This document shows, one piece after another, positions 46,374 through 56,217 of a stretch of DNA of 64,000 nt (position 1 is its first letter; each line of letters starts with the position of its first letter). The stretch covers positions 186,001 to 250,000 of the IMG/VR virus record IMGVR_UViG_3300023179_004149. One strand, 5' to 3'. The translations under genes and the position numbers were made by a program. Below the pieces are notes generated by a model. That model was not told the DNA's origin and ran no database searches. It saw only the letters and a list, made by a program, of their open reading frames with translations.

Positions 46374-46481
46374 TTACTTATGAGGATAAAATAATATAAA
46401 GCTAATTAGTATAGCTGATACAGATAGAAAAATTCCGAATATGGCACTGGCTGCCATGAATAATATTAGTTTCTTGTCCAT
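46374..46481 (-). CDS. Small membrane peptide (35 aa, not in ORF track)
   Basis: MDKKLILFMAASAIFGIFLSVSAILISFILFYPHK. Confidence 0.45.
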   Translation of the reverse strand: MDKKLILFMAASAIFGIFLSVSAILISFILFYPHK

Positions 46482-46591
46482 ATGTTAATAACGCATTTTG
46501 AGGTGGTAAATTTCGTTTCTTTCGGTTGGTTGGTACTTTGCCCTACCTTGCTATATTTGCGCTTAATTTTAGGCAAATAATGAGGTAAAAA

Positions 46592-46618
46592 CAAGGTAGG
46601 GTATTTAACCCTACCTTG
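46592..46618 (-). terminator. Intrinsic terminator
   Basis: caaggtaggg-N7-ccctaccttg with a T-run on the minus strand. Confidence 0.8.
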
Positions 46619-46631
46619 CTACCTTTACATA

Positions 46632-47303
46632 TTAGGCGAGTTCTAATGTTTCGCCCTTACTGGTAAATGAAGTTAACACATTATCAATTTTGAATGTGCG
46701 TAGGTCTTCTTTACGTAGGGTATCACGTATTATGTTTTTTGCTACAGTAAGGGGAGCGCTGGCGACTTTTTTATATTCGCCCTTTACTGTTGTTTCCTTG
46801 CTTACTTTTTTACCGAATATAAGCAAGTTATTTGTAGATGTGTTAAACCATAATACAGGGTTAAGTTTGATATTATTATTTTCCCTATCTGTTGGTTGTT
46901 GGTCGGTTTGTTTCATTTCGATTAATGCCGTAGGCAACAAATCCAAAATTTCGTTATATGGTTGGGTTGGGTTGGCAAATTTTTTCAGGTCGTATTTACC
47001 AAAATTGTGGCTCATTACCTTTTCTCTTAATACGTCCTTTATCGTATCAATATCGTAGCTATGTAGTGTTAAACTATCTTTGTTTAACATATTTTCATAG
47101 CTGATACCTATGTTAACCACGTAGTTAGCAAGTTCGGTGTTATCCGAATTATCGCTATTATAGTCCTTAATACTGATAAACTTTGCGCCCTTTACAGTTG
47201 TGGCGTCAATAAGTTTAAACAGGTCGGTACGACTTAAATTGGGATAGGCGGAAAGAATAGCCAAAATTGTTTGTTCCTGAATAGTGAATGTTTGTTGTAA
47301 CAT
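46632..47303 (-). CDS. Hypothetical protein
   Basis: Long ORF, start placed at MLQQTF. Confidence 0.7.
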   Translation of the reverse strand: MLQQTFTIQEQTILAILSAYPNLSRTDLFKLIDATTVKGAKFISIKDYNSDNSDNTELANYVVNIGISYENMLNKDSLTLHSYDIDTIKDVLREKVMSHNFGKYDLKKFANPTQPYNEILDLLPTALIEMKQTDQQPTDRENNNIKLNPVLWFNTSTNNLLIFGKKVSKETTVKGEYKKVASAPLTVAKNIIRDTLRKEDLRTFKIDNVLTSFTSKGETLELA

Positions 47304-47458
47304 AAAAAAAGTTTTAGGTAACTGCGACATTGCAATTACACCACAAAGGTCTAATTTATTTTTGAATTTTCGCAATCTATTTTGTTAAAAAGTTGTTAAA
47401 GAAAAATGACTCTGATATATACCAGAGTCATGTTAGATATTTAAAAATTTAAATATAT

Positions 47459-48241
47459 TTAAAATTCACAATCTCGGTCTAAGGTCTTAACAACAAATTC
47501 AGAGTTTTCTATATTATTAATTCTTACCTTTTTATACTTTAACCCGACTATCACACCTTTGGCGTCTAAATAGCGTAAATCTGAATAGTCACCATTGATT
47601 ACTGTAAACCCTTTAAACTTTTTAGGTATATGTTTTTCAAATACCACTGCCACATTCATATTATTGTTTAGTGCTATTTGGCATTCATGCCAGTTTTTAC
47701 CACTATATGAAAATGTCAGATGATAGTTTTTATACTTAGATAAAAGTTTATATCTGTTGACTACTTTCGTATAATCATAAAATTGTATGTTTGGGAGTAA
47801 CTGGAGTATATTAAAATCTTCTAATTTGAAACTCTCAGGCGATATATCTGAAGTTCCGTTAATACGAACCGAAAAATTATATCCTTTACTGTCAGCCATA
47901 TTCTTATATGCTATAATTTCCGCATATAGCCATTGCATAAAGAATTTTCTGTTATTAAAAAAAAGTTTGGTTTTTTCAATCCTTGCACGGTTGATAGTGT
48001 TTTCATGTATATCTATTCTGTTATGTCCGCTTTCATTCAGGCATAGACGTTTGCATTCAACCGTATGTTTGGGGCAAACATTGAATCCTGATAGGTCGGC
48101 GGGTGCTAAATACAATACATAGGTTAATGTATTCAATACCTTACTTTTGGCTATCTTTGAAGATAGTGATACGCCTCCCAAATATGATAATTTTGTATCA
48201 CGTTTGGCTTGCGCTCGGTTGGTGAATTTTAAGTCAGTCAT
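47459..48241 (-). CDS. GP88-like protein
   Basis: LYLAPA...NVCP...C...CL..SG, RINGTSDI, FYDYTK, HLTFSYS, GD.SDLRYLD..GVIVGLK. Family name recalled from memory. Confidence 0.75.
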   Translation of the reverse strand: MTDLKFTNRAQAKRDTKLSYLGGVSLSSKIAKSKVLNTLTYVLYLAPADLSGFNVCPKHTVECKRLCLNESGHNRIDIHENTINRARIEKTKLFFNNRKFFMQWLYAEIIAYKNMADSKGYNFSVRINGTSDISPESFKLEDFNILQLLPNIQFYDYTKVVNRYKLLSKYKNYHLTFSYSGKNWHECQIALNNNMNVAVVFEKHIPKKFKGFTVINGDYSDLRYLDAKGVIVGLKYKKVRINNIENSEFVVKTLDRDCEF

Positions 48242-48395
48242 AATAAAGTTGTTTGTTGTGACTGCAAAGGTACAACTTATTTTGGTATTACCAACAAATA
48301 GTTTGAATATTTTTATTTTTAAATTAAAAAAGGCGCCGTATATAATACAGCACCTTACTTGAGTAGATAGGGATATAGGTTAACAACAAACAAAG

Positions 48396-48581
48396 TTAAT
48401 AATTATGATTGAATACGCCATTATGTGGCATGGGGTTATGGTATGAGTACAATGTGCTTACATTAAAATCCCTGCACCATGTATTGAAGTCAGGTCTGTT
48501 TTCAGGTGTTACTGTGCTTTTGATTTGCACACCTTTTGCCACCTTTGGGGCTGTCTCTTTTTTAAGTTTGAAAAATAGCAT
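48396..48581 (-). CDS. Small hypothetical protein
   Basis: Starts MLFFKLKK downstream of a promoter cassette. Confidence 0.6.
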   Translation of the reverse strand: MLFFKLKKETAPKVAKGVQIKSTVTPENRPDFNTWCRDFNVSTLYSYHNPMPHNGVFNHNY

Positions 48582-48641
48582 GTTTGTTGAATTTAAAGTG
48601 CAAAGATAAGGCGGATATTTCAATCCGCCAAATCTTTTTTG

Positions 48642-48958
48642 TTAATGGAATGTTAAGGTGTTTAAACTATCCTTAGCCACATAATTGTTGGAACCACCAG
48701 TAAAATCTGAATAGTTTTTAGCGGTACGGTATAGTAATTTATCGTATGCAAAATGCCTTACATCTGAACAAGACATATAGTAGATTTGTCCGTTCGGAGC
48801 TGTAAAGAAACCACTGAAAATGTAGAAACCGTAATTGAATTGAATTTCGGTACAACCCAACTTAATTAATTCAGCTGTGATACGTTTGAACTCTTTACGT
48901 ACCCATGACTTAAATTCTGAAGATAAGTCTGAACCACTGTAATTTTTACGCTTCATAT
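48642..48958 (-). CDS. Hypothetical protein
   Basis: Starts MKRKNYSG downstream of a promoter cassette. Confidence 0.7.
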
Positions 48959-49029
48959 GTTTGTTGTTTAGACTGCAAAGGTAAGGTGGATTATTCAATC
49001 CACCAAACCCCCGCAATGTTAATTCAATG

Positions 49030-49602
49030 TTAACGTATTCCGTATACATTCAGGTACAAATTAACTTTTGACCCTTTATAATATTCTTTATATTCATTGA
49101 TTTTTTCAATCATTTGTTCTGTTGTGGTAAACGTCACATCGGGTTTAACTTCAAGTCCTAAATTAGTAATATCGGTATCATTCCACCTGTAAGGGTATAG
49201 GGTTACTGTTATACCCTTATCCCGTAATTGTTCGATTGTGAGTGCATTTTTAATGGCTTTCTTATAGAAAGAAAGGTACTTACCGAATGTGGTATTACGG
49301 GTTGAATTTGGGCTAATTGCTATACCTGAATACCAACCAAAACTTTTATCATTGTATTCACCATTATTGTTATTAACAAGACCATCTCTGTATTCTGTAA
49401 TGCTACTCAAAAGGTCAGTAATAGGGGTAATTAAACCATTTTTGGTGTGTGCGTATGTATTACCCCATTCCCTTACCCTCCTCGTACTTCTACCCCTTAT
49501 ATCTGTTTCGTATAGATTATTGCAACCTTGTTCCAATAATGGTAGTACCGCATTGTCGCCCACCTTAATGAATTGAGCTTTGTAAAGAATTGTGTAACTC
49601 AT
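49030..49602 (-). CDS. Hypothetical protein
   Basis: Promoter cassette at 49625. Confidence 0.7.
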   Translation of the reverse strand: MSYTILYKAQFIKVGDNAVLPLLEQGCNNLYETDIRGRSTRRVREWGNTYAHTKNGLITPITDLLSSITEYRDGLVNNNNGEYNDKSFGWYSGIAISPNSTRNTTFGKYLSFYKKAIKNALTIEQLRDKGITVTLYPYRWNDTDITNLGLEVKPDVTFTTTEQMIEKINEYKEYYKGSKVNLYLNVYGIR

Positions 49603-49729
49603 ATGTTTGTTGTTTTTGTTACTGCAAAGGTAGGGAGTATTACCGACAATTCCAACACCTCAACATATATTTTTTTCTGTGATCCCCTGGGGCTTCACCT
49701 GGTTGTGATCCTGACTGATAAACTAAAAG

Positions 49730-49782
49730 GGCTCTCGACTGGGATCGAACCAGTATGGTGTAGTTTTGATATTACCAACACC
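49730..49782 (-). pseudogene. tRNA remnant (T-arm plus preceding hairpin)
   Basis: ACTGG-TTCGATC-CCAGT T-arm and a GGTGT/ACACC hairpin. No D-arm or pairing acceptor 5' strand. Confidence 0.45.
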
Positions 49783-49808
49783 CCCAACACATATTTTTTT
49801 CCGTGTTT

Positions 49809-50021
49809 TTACGGTTTTATATGTGGTTTTAAATCGTGGGCCGTTAACTCGTTTAGGGTTAATATTTCTTCGTATTTACACACTTTAGGGTCTGGTTGGT
49901 GCATCACATCCAACCACGTACTAACACCATGTGTATCTCCGTTGATACCGACTGATATCTCAATCTTGTATTTTTCCAGTAGGGCGTGTAGTTCTTTAAT
50001 AAATTCATTGCGGTTATCCAT
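49809..50021 (-). CDS. Small hypothetical protein
   Basis: Promoter cassette at 50048. Confidence 0.65.
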   Translation of the reverse strand: MDNRNEFIKELHALLEKYKIEISVGINGDTHGVSTWLDVMHQPDPKVCKYEEILTLNELTAHDLKPHIKP

Positions 50022-50272
50022 GACTTGTCGTGTTGTCTAAACTATCACAAAGGTACAACTTTTTTGACTAATCCTATACCCAAAAAAAAATATATTTCTT
50101 TTTATAATAGTTGAAACCATCTGGCGGATCTGGGGACTATATTTGCCAGGCTGATAAACTAAAAGGGCCGATCTGTTAAGATCAACCCTTTAGCATATGG
50201 AACAACAAACAAGTATGATTAATAGAGGGGTAGAGCCGCAAATACTACCATTTACCCGCATCCTCTATTTAG

Positions 50273-50355
50273 TGGTCAGGACAGGAGTCGAACCTGTGAC
50301 CCAATACCGACCAGCGGACCTCTTAGTTGTGCTCTACCAACTGAGCTACCTGACC
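50273..50355 (-). tRNA. tRNA-like RNA with enlarged, non-canonical anticodon arm (no assignable anticodon)
   Basis: Acceptor GGTCAGG/CCTGACC, D-arm GCTC-AGTTGGTA-GAGC, T-arm ACAGG-TTCGACT-CCTGT, 28 nt in place of the 17-nt anticodon arm, own promoter at 50367-50397. Confidence 0.65.
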
Positions 50356-50458
50356 AAATTAAATAACAAAGATAGGGTTTATAGGTCAACCAACAAATGT
50401 TACCGCAAAGGTAAGGTGGATTATTGAATCCACCAAACCCTGCAATGTTAAGGTTGTG

Positions 50459-50812
50459 TTAATTGAATTGTTCCGCCCACTTGTTGCAAGTTGCTTTATC
50501 AATCCATCGGATAAGCGGAGTAATTTCCTCAACTGTGGTTTTACAGTCAACACTATCACCCTCCTTGTCAGTACCAATAATCAGGATATTACCCACAATA
50601 GGGTAGTTCCAATCGGGCATCATTACACCGCCCTCAAACGGGTGAAATAAACCCTCATCATCGGCATAGATGGTATCACCGTTATCAAACTCAAGAGGGC
50701 ATGTAAAACAGGTACATTCGTTACCAATAGCCTCGTAAATGGCTGATAAACCCTTACCCAACTCAATCTGGGTGATTGTCTTGTTTGCTGAATCAATCTT
50801 AATTGCTTTCAT
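50459..50812 (-). CDS. DUF3846-like protein
   Basis: LSAIYEAIG...IYADDEG...PIVGNILIIG.D.EG. Family name recalled from memory. Confidence 0.65.
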   Translation of the reverse strand: MKAIKIDSANKTITQIELGKGLSAIYEAIGNECTCFTCPLEFDNGDTIYADDEGLFHPFEGGVMMPDWNYPIVGNILIIGTDKEGDSVDCKTTVEEITPLIRWIDKATCNKWAEQFN

Positions 50813-50867
50813 ATCGTTTGTTAATTTTGTTACTGCAAAGGTAAGGTGTATTCAACACCCACCAAAT

Positions 50868-51338
50868 TTATTTTGTTAAGTTTGTGTTAATACTCCATTT
50901 GATAAGATAATCGGAGTTGAATGTGTTGCAACACATACCGCACGATTCGAACTGCATCAGGTTTGGTTTTTTATGCCTCCTGTGGGTATGACCATTGGGG
51001 CATACGCCAATATACCGTGGCTCTGGTTTTGTTACTTCACTTGAGTAACACCTATTACCGTCACAACCAATTTCGATAGCTTTAGCCCTCCAGACAGCAT
51101 TATGACCATGTTTGAAACCAACTAAGGCATGTGCTATCTCATGCAGTATGGTATTGCGCACTTGGCTTTCATCATTAAGTTTAACCAGATGGTGGGATAG
51201 GCTTATTTTTTTTAGGTCGTAGTTACAAGCACCAAACCTACGTTTAGCGTTATCGAATGAGAACCGCCAACCAGAGGCTATAAGGTTGTGTTGTTTCATT
51301 AGCTCGTTAGCCAATGTTTCCGCTTTGAATAAATCCAT
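50868..51338 (-). CDS. SprT-like zinc metalloprotease
   Basis: RRFGAC, NTILHEIAHAL, GH...W. Confidence 0.85.
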   Translation of the reverse strand: MDLFKAETLANELMKQHNLIASGWRFSFDNAKRRFGACNYDLKKISLSHHLVKLNDESQVRNTILHEIAHALVGFKHGHNAVWRAKAIEIGCDGNRCYSSEVTKPEPRYIGVCPNGHTHRRHKKPNLMQFESCGMCCNTFNSDYLIKWSINTNLTK

Positions 51339-51390
51339 ATGTTTGTTGTTTAGACAGCAAAGGTAAACTAACTTTCCGATACCACCAAAT

Positions 51391-51666
51391 TTATTTTTTA
51401 CGGTAGTCAGCAATAACATTTACCTTATAACCACGTTCGGCGGCGCGTTTAAGGAAGTCATCATAAAAACCTAGATTACACTGCCCTTGTTTACCGTTAT
51501 TAAGTTTGCGATTAATATTCGCTGGGTCATACCAAAAAGAATCCCAGTATTGTTTTGTTAATTTGGTTGAACCATCCATAACAGTCACATCCTCTCGGAT
51601 AATAACATTAAACACATTACGTTCAGTAGGATAATAAGTATCGGGAAATGGTGTTGTCTCACTCAT
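51391..51666 (-). CDS. Hypothetical protein
   Basis: Promoter cassette at 51674. Confidence 0.6.
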   Translation of the reverse strand: MSETTPFPDTYYPTERNVFNVIIREDVTVMDGSTKLTKQYWDSFWYDPANINRKLNNGKQGQCNLGFYDDFLKRAAERGYKVNVIADYRKK

Positions 51667-51728
51667 AATACCACAAAGGTAAGCTAATTTAATGGGGTTA
51701 CCAAATTAATTTGGTAACCCCCATAAAT

Positions 51729-52535
51729 CTATTCAATTTCGCTCACGACTTCAGAAGACGTTAACATTGCAAGTATGTCATCGCAAGATAGTTTATTTTC
51801 CAACAACGATTTGCAGAATTTGTATAATTCGTTTGTTGAATTATCGGGTATTAATTTCATGGCTTTACGTAATTCAACCATTGAATTAATATTACCGAAT
51901 TCTTCATCCATTGTTTTCTTTGTTACCTTTTTGCCAGTTTTTTTGGCGTTATCCAGAGCCGTTTCAACTTTTTCAAGTAGAACAGCTTCATCCAAAGATT
52001 TGTTGGATTTAATAACATCCATGACCAAAGTTGCACTTATTTCGTTTTCACGTATACGATTCTTCAACTTGGTTGGCACATCACTTAAGATGAGCATATT
52101 ATATATGTGTGTTTCAGTAACACCCAAATTAGTTGAAATTTCTTTCACTGTTAATCCGCAATTACGCAAACGGTTAATCAGCGTACTTTCCTCCAGTGGG
52201 GTGAGTCGTTTACCGTCATTGCACACAAACATATCAACCAACCTTCTTTCTTCTGAAGGGGCTTTTTCAGATACGAAAGGCACACGAATTTCAATACCTT
52301 GTTCAATTAAAAGCATACACGCCTTTAACCTGCGATGACCATCAGTTAGATAATATTCTCCGTTTTTTTTGTATCCACGAAGATTAACTCTAACCCCATT
52401 TTCTTTAATGGATTCAGCTAGGGCTGTAATATCACCATAATCTTCACGAACATTGAATCCATCAATAACATTAATGGCCCTCGGGTCAACGTGAAACATA
52501 TCGCTGCGTCGTTCAATTAATAATGTGTTTTCCAT
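51729..52535 (-). CDS. ParB/Srx-like N-terminal domain protein with HTH
   Basis: FNVR...LAESIKENG...LTDGHRRLKA, then a KEIS.NLG HTH-like segment. Confidence 0.85.
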   Translation of the reverse strand: MENTLLIERRSDMFHVDPRAINVIDGFNVREDYGDITALAESIKENGVRVNLRGYKKNGEYYLTDGHRRLKACMLLIEQGIEIRVPFVSEKAPSEERRLVDMFVCNDGKRLTPLEESTLINRLRNCGLTVKEISTNLGVTETHIYNMLILSDVPTKLKNRIRENEISATLVMDVIKSNKSLDEAVLLEKVETALDNAKKTGKKVTKKTMDEEFGNINSMVELRKAMKLIPDNSTNELYKFCKSLLENKLSCDDILAMLTSSEVVSEIE

Positions 52536-52677
52536 ATATTTTTCTTTGCACAAAGGTAACTAACTTTCTGATACCGCCAACTTTTTTATTGTTAAGTCAT
52601 TGTTAACTTTCCTGGTGTGGATCCATGCGGAATAAAAAGGTCGGGGTTTCTACCCCGACCCTTGGATTCATATATGG

Positions 52678-52878
52678 CTATTCTTTTAGTGCATCAATAA
52701 ACGCCTTCTTACATTTATAGTGTATGTAAATAGCCCTTGCCGAAAAGAAGCGACAAGATACGGGCGTATCTTTGCTCCTTATCTTTTCACCGCAATGTTC
52801 ACATGAATGTCCACGATTTACGGTTACTATGTCGGCGCCGATAAAGTCCTTTTTTTTATATATCTTTTTCATTGTCAT
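52678..52878 (-). CDS. Small zinc-finger-like protein
   Basis: CEHCGE...HYKC, overlapping the upstream stop. Confidence 0.55.
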   Translation of the reverse strand: MTMKKIYKKKDFIGADIVTVNRGHSCEHCGEKIRSKDTPVSCRFFSARAIYIHYKCKKAFIDALKE

Positions 52879-53191
52879 CCGTATATTCATCCTCAGGGTC
52901 AAACGATTCAGTTTCGGGTTCAGGTTCTGTTACCGCTTCCAGTTCTTTTATCTCTTTGGCTGATAACTTAACTTCTTGTGGCACATCGTCCAAAACATCC
53001 TCATCCAGTTCATCTAAAATGAAAGATGTCTTAACGGGTTCAACCTTAATGGGTTCAACCTCTACGGGTTCTACAATCTTGTTGGTTGGTGGTCGGTGTG
53101 TTACCGAATACCTTACCATTGGTTTGGGTTGCCATTTTTTGTTGCCGTGGTCAAGCTCTTTGCTGAATTCGTATGGCTTTGTAGCTTCCAT
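52856..53191 (-). CDS. Acidic hypothetical protein
   Basis: Promoter cassette at 53218. Confidence 0.65.
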   Translation of the reverse strand: MEATKPYEFSKELDHGNKKWQPKPMVRYSVTHRPPTNKIVEPVEVEPIKVEPVKTSFILDELDEDVLDDVPQEVKLSAKEIKELEAVTEPEPETESFDPEDEYTDDNEKDI

Positions 53192-53311
53192 TGTTTTTCA
53201 ATTTTGTTTTGTTAGTGCAAAGGTAAGGTGTATTCAACACCCCACCAAATTTATTTTTGTTAAAGGAAATAAAAAATGCCAGGTGGTGAGCCTGGCATTT
53301 AGTTTAGATGG

Positions 53312-53926
53312 TTACTTTTGCGCCATCCTTATTACTTCATCGGGAATGTCGATACCCAGTTCTTTCAGGTTGGTATTCAGTATGCGGTCACCCTTATTCA
53401 TCTTTGGTAAGATGTTGGTGATGATTGATTGTTTAACCGCTCGTGCGCCGAAGTGATGAACACAATCAACTAAGTTCTTATTGGCCTTAATGAACTTGTG
53501 TAGTGTGTATTTGTATTTGGTTTCATCACCAACACATATACCTTTAACCATATCCTTTTTTAGTTTAGCTGCGAATTGTTTAGCCGCTTTTGCCAATAGG
53601 ATTTCCTCTATCAGCAGGTATATTATCTGCTCGACCTGTGTGTGTAGTTTAATATGGGTTGGCTCCTTCATAAAACCCCAACCGTTATCGAACAGGAATT
53701 GGTTCATATTAAGTTCAATACACATCTTCTCAATGTGGTCTTTAGCTTCCGAGTTCAGCTGTATATCAATTTCTCCGCCGTAACCGTCGTCATTGTAGTA
53801 ACCCACCTTTTTCTTTCTGAGGTAAACGTCGGCGAACAGCCCCATAAGGTCATGCCCGAAACCATCCTTTACGTTCTTTACAGATAGCTGTTCCTTGACA
53901 GCATTCAACATGGTTTGTTTATCCAT
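53312..53926 (-). CDS. Hypothetical protein
   Basis: Start MDKQTML downstream of the cassette at 53945. Confidence 0.7.
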   Translation of the reverse strand: MDKQTMLNAVKEQLSVKNVKDGFGHDLMGLFADVYLRKKKVGYYNDDGYGGEIDIQLNSEAKDHIEKMCIELNMNQFLFDNGWGFMKEPTHIKLHTQVEQIIYLLIEEILLAKAAKQFAAKLKKDMVKGICVGDETKYKYTLHKFIKANKNLVDCVHHFGARAVKQSIITNILPKMNKGDRILNTNLKELGIDIPDEVIRMAQK

Positions 53927-54037
53927 TGCTTTCGATTTAGAATACAAAGGTATGTAAAAAAGTTAAACCACCAAATTTATTTTAGGTGATCGTGTATTCA
54001 AACAAAACAGGGTGGTAACCACCCTGTTTTGAATACT

Positions 54038-54406
54038 TTATGCGTAGTTTTTCATTTTATCTGCACCGTAAGCAATAACCACATCATCCCAACAACATGT
54101 ACCTTTATATGGGTTATTTTCAGAATCAACCCATTCAGCCCAATCTTCAACGTATGCAAACATATCCACATACTCCACAGCCCATTGATGGAGTATATCC
54201 AGACAAGCTATGTAGCCAATATTCTCTTTCTCATACAGCTCTTTCATGTAGTTGTCGGAGAGAATGATTGCAACCAGAGCCACCTCTTTAGCATAATCAT
54301 TTATCTTGTCCTTCACCAGATTAGTTAGCTCGGCATCTGGTGCAATGTTGCCCATGTTAACCACTTTGGCGACTATCTGGTCTGGTAATGTAATTGCGAA
54401 TGACAT
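54038..54406 (-). CDS. Hypothetical protein
   Basis: Start MSFAITL downstream of the cassette at 54428. Confidence 0.7.
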   Translation of the reverse strand: MSFAITLPDQIVAKVVNMGNIAPDAELTNLVKDKINDYAKEVALVAIILSDNYMKELYEKENIGYIACLDILHQWAVEYVDMFAYVEDWAEWVDSENNPYKGTCCWDDVVIAYGADKMKNYA

Positions 54407-54465
54407 TGTGTTGTTGTTTTGTTTCAGCAAAGGTAAATTAACTTTCTGATACCACCAAATTTATT

Positions 54466-54672
54466 TTATTCGGTTTCAACGGGAATAATACGGCAATGAT
54501 CCGCCAATTCATCCAGAGGTATACGTCCGCTGTTTGAGGAATAATAACCCTGTCGTTCATATCGTTTAGCCCATTCTTTCTGGGCCGCCTCAGCCTCTTG
54601 TGGTGTGTCCCAAACCTCGTCAAATGATATGGAGAAACCATCTGGGCTTAATACGTCATACTTAGTAGCCAT
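54466..54672 (-). CDS. Small hypothetical protein
   Basis: Cassette at 54693. Confidence 0.7.
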   Translation of the reverse strand: MATKYDVLSPDGFSISFDEVWDTPQEAEAAQKEWAKRYERQGYYSSNSGRIPLDELADHCRIIPVETE

Positions 54673-54802
54673 GCTGTTTTCGATTTAGAATGCAAAGGTA
54701 AAATAACTTTATTACACCACCAAATTAAATTTGGTTTATCTGGTGATCTCCCTGGCAACCAGAATACAAAAAGAAATGGTGGGCTATTAACCCACCATTC
54801 AC

Positions 54803-55501
54803 TTAGCTTTCAGCCACCAGAAGTGTCCTGTATTCATTTTCGGTAAGATGCCTTACACTACCTGTACCGTTGGTATCGTATGGCTTAATGAGAATACAAT
54901 CACCCTGCCTGATTATCTTCTCAATGTTAGCCATGTTAACATTGGTTTGGATTGTCCACGATATGGCTTCTATTGCTGTTACTTTCTTCTCGGCAAGTTT
55001 CAGGTCTTCCGAATAACCCCATTCATGGTTATTCGGGTGGTTGTTCTTATACACGTCCCAGAGGTCAACCCAGATAAAATAGTTCCTGTCGGTTGATGTG
55101 TCCTTACACTTGATGAAGTAACAGTTCTTTGTTTCACGCCACGAATTTTGTACACCCTCATTGAAGTGCTTACCGTCCACACGATACAACTCATAAGTAT
55201 CGTCAAACTCAACGGTCTTAATAGTCCCGTCTTCCATTACCCACGTTGTTGTCTTGCGTATGGTTTCGCTGTTAATCAACGTAGGCTTTACTTCCTCTGC
55301 CAGACGTTCCAAACCCATACAAAGCACACCAACACGCCTGTGTTCAAGGTTCGGTAGTGTTGCTATCTCGGCAAAAGTCATAGGCTTAATTTCATCCCAA
55401 AAGTCTTCCAACTGTGGGTATGGGCATGTCTTGTGTTGCAGTTTCAGCAGTCGGCAACCCTCATTGAATGGAAATGTGGTATTATGAATAACTATTTTCA
55501 T
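54803..55501 (-). CDS. Hypothetical protein (DUF6745-like)
   Basis: I...NLEHRRV, YFIKCKDTSTDRNYF..V, AIEAISW. Family name recalled from memory. Confidence 0.6.
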   Translation of the reverse strand: MKIVIHNTTFPFNEGCRLLKLQHKTCPYPQLEDFWDEIKPMTFAEIATLPNLEHRRVGVLCMGLERLAEEVKPTLINSETIRKTTTWVMEDGTIKTVEFDDTYELYRVDGKHFNEGVQNSWRETKNCYFIKCKDTSTDRNYFIWVDLWDVYKNNHPNNHEWGYSEDLKLAEKKVTAIEAISWTIQTNVNMANIEKIIRQGDCILIKPYDTNGTGSVRHLTENEYRTLLVAES

Positions 55502-55530
55502 TTAAATTGTTTTTGGTATGTTAACGGATA

Positions 55531-56217
55531 TTATTCATCGTCCTTAAAGACTGTTATGCTGTTGGTGATGTAAAGGATAAGGTTGTTACCCTCTACTGTC
55601 AGGTCGGTAACTTCGTTCATATCACCGTCAGTATTGGTGGTGAATGTGTACCAGTCCTGTAACTCACCTTCAACATTCTCACCATTATCATGTGGGTTGT
55701 AATCCCTCACAAACTCGTCAATCCTATTTTCCAAGTCGGCAAGGATAGCTTCTTCTTCATCGGACATAAGAAAGTCATGCTTGAAGTTTATGGCAATACC
55801 AGCATCATAACCACCATTGATGTTCAGGATATGTTCCCTAACAAAGGCTGCTTCAACATCGTCAAGCGCACACTCAACTTTGCTTGTATGGCTTTCAGAC
55901 CATTCAGATGTTGCTGATTTGGAGAATGAGAAATCCCATTCTTCCTCGTTCTCGCTATCCTCATCCAGAGTTACCGTAACCGTACCCGCTTCACCGCAGT
56001 AATGACCGTCAGAATCAACATAGAAGCTCACCCTGTTATACACTTCATCTTCAAGGTAGTCCTCAACCTCTTTAGGGGCTTTACAATCGTTACCATCCGC
56101 ATCGGAAAACTCCCATTGAGTATCGCCCATACTATCACCACCGCAGGTGAATATGAACCTCGCTTCACCGAGGTTGTTCTCTTTCCAGAGTTTAATTATA
56201 TCGTTTCTTTCAGACAT
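55531..56217 (-). CDS. Acidic hypothetical protein (DUF6878-like N-part)
   Basis: FTCGGDSMG motif. Family name recalled from memory. Confidence 0.55.
   Translation of the reverse strand: MSERNDIIKLWKENNLGEARFIFTCGGDSMGDTQWEFSDADGNDCKAPKEVEDYLEDEVYNRVSFYVDSDGHYCGEAGTVTVTLDEDSENEEEWDFSFSKSATSEWSESHTSKVECALDDVEAAFVREHILNINGGYDAGIAINFKHDFLMSDEEEAILADLENRIDEFVRDYNPHDNGENVEGELQDWYTFTTNTDGDMNEVTDLTVEGNNLILYITNSITVFKDDE

Noticed and set aside
50197-50427. 76-aa plus-strand ORF
   Set aside because: It is antisense to the tRNA-like element and its promoters, and lacks its own promoter.
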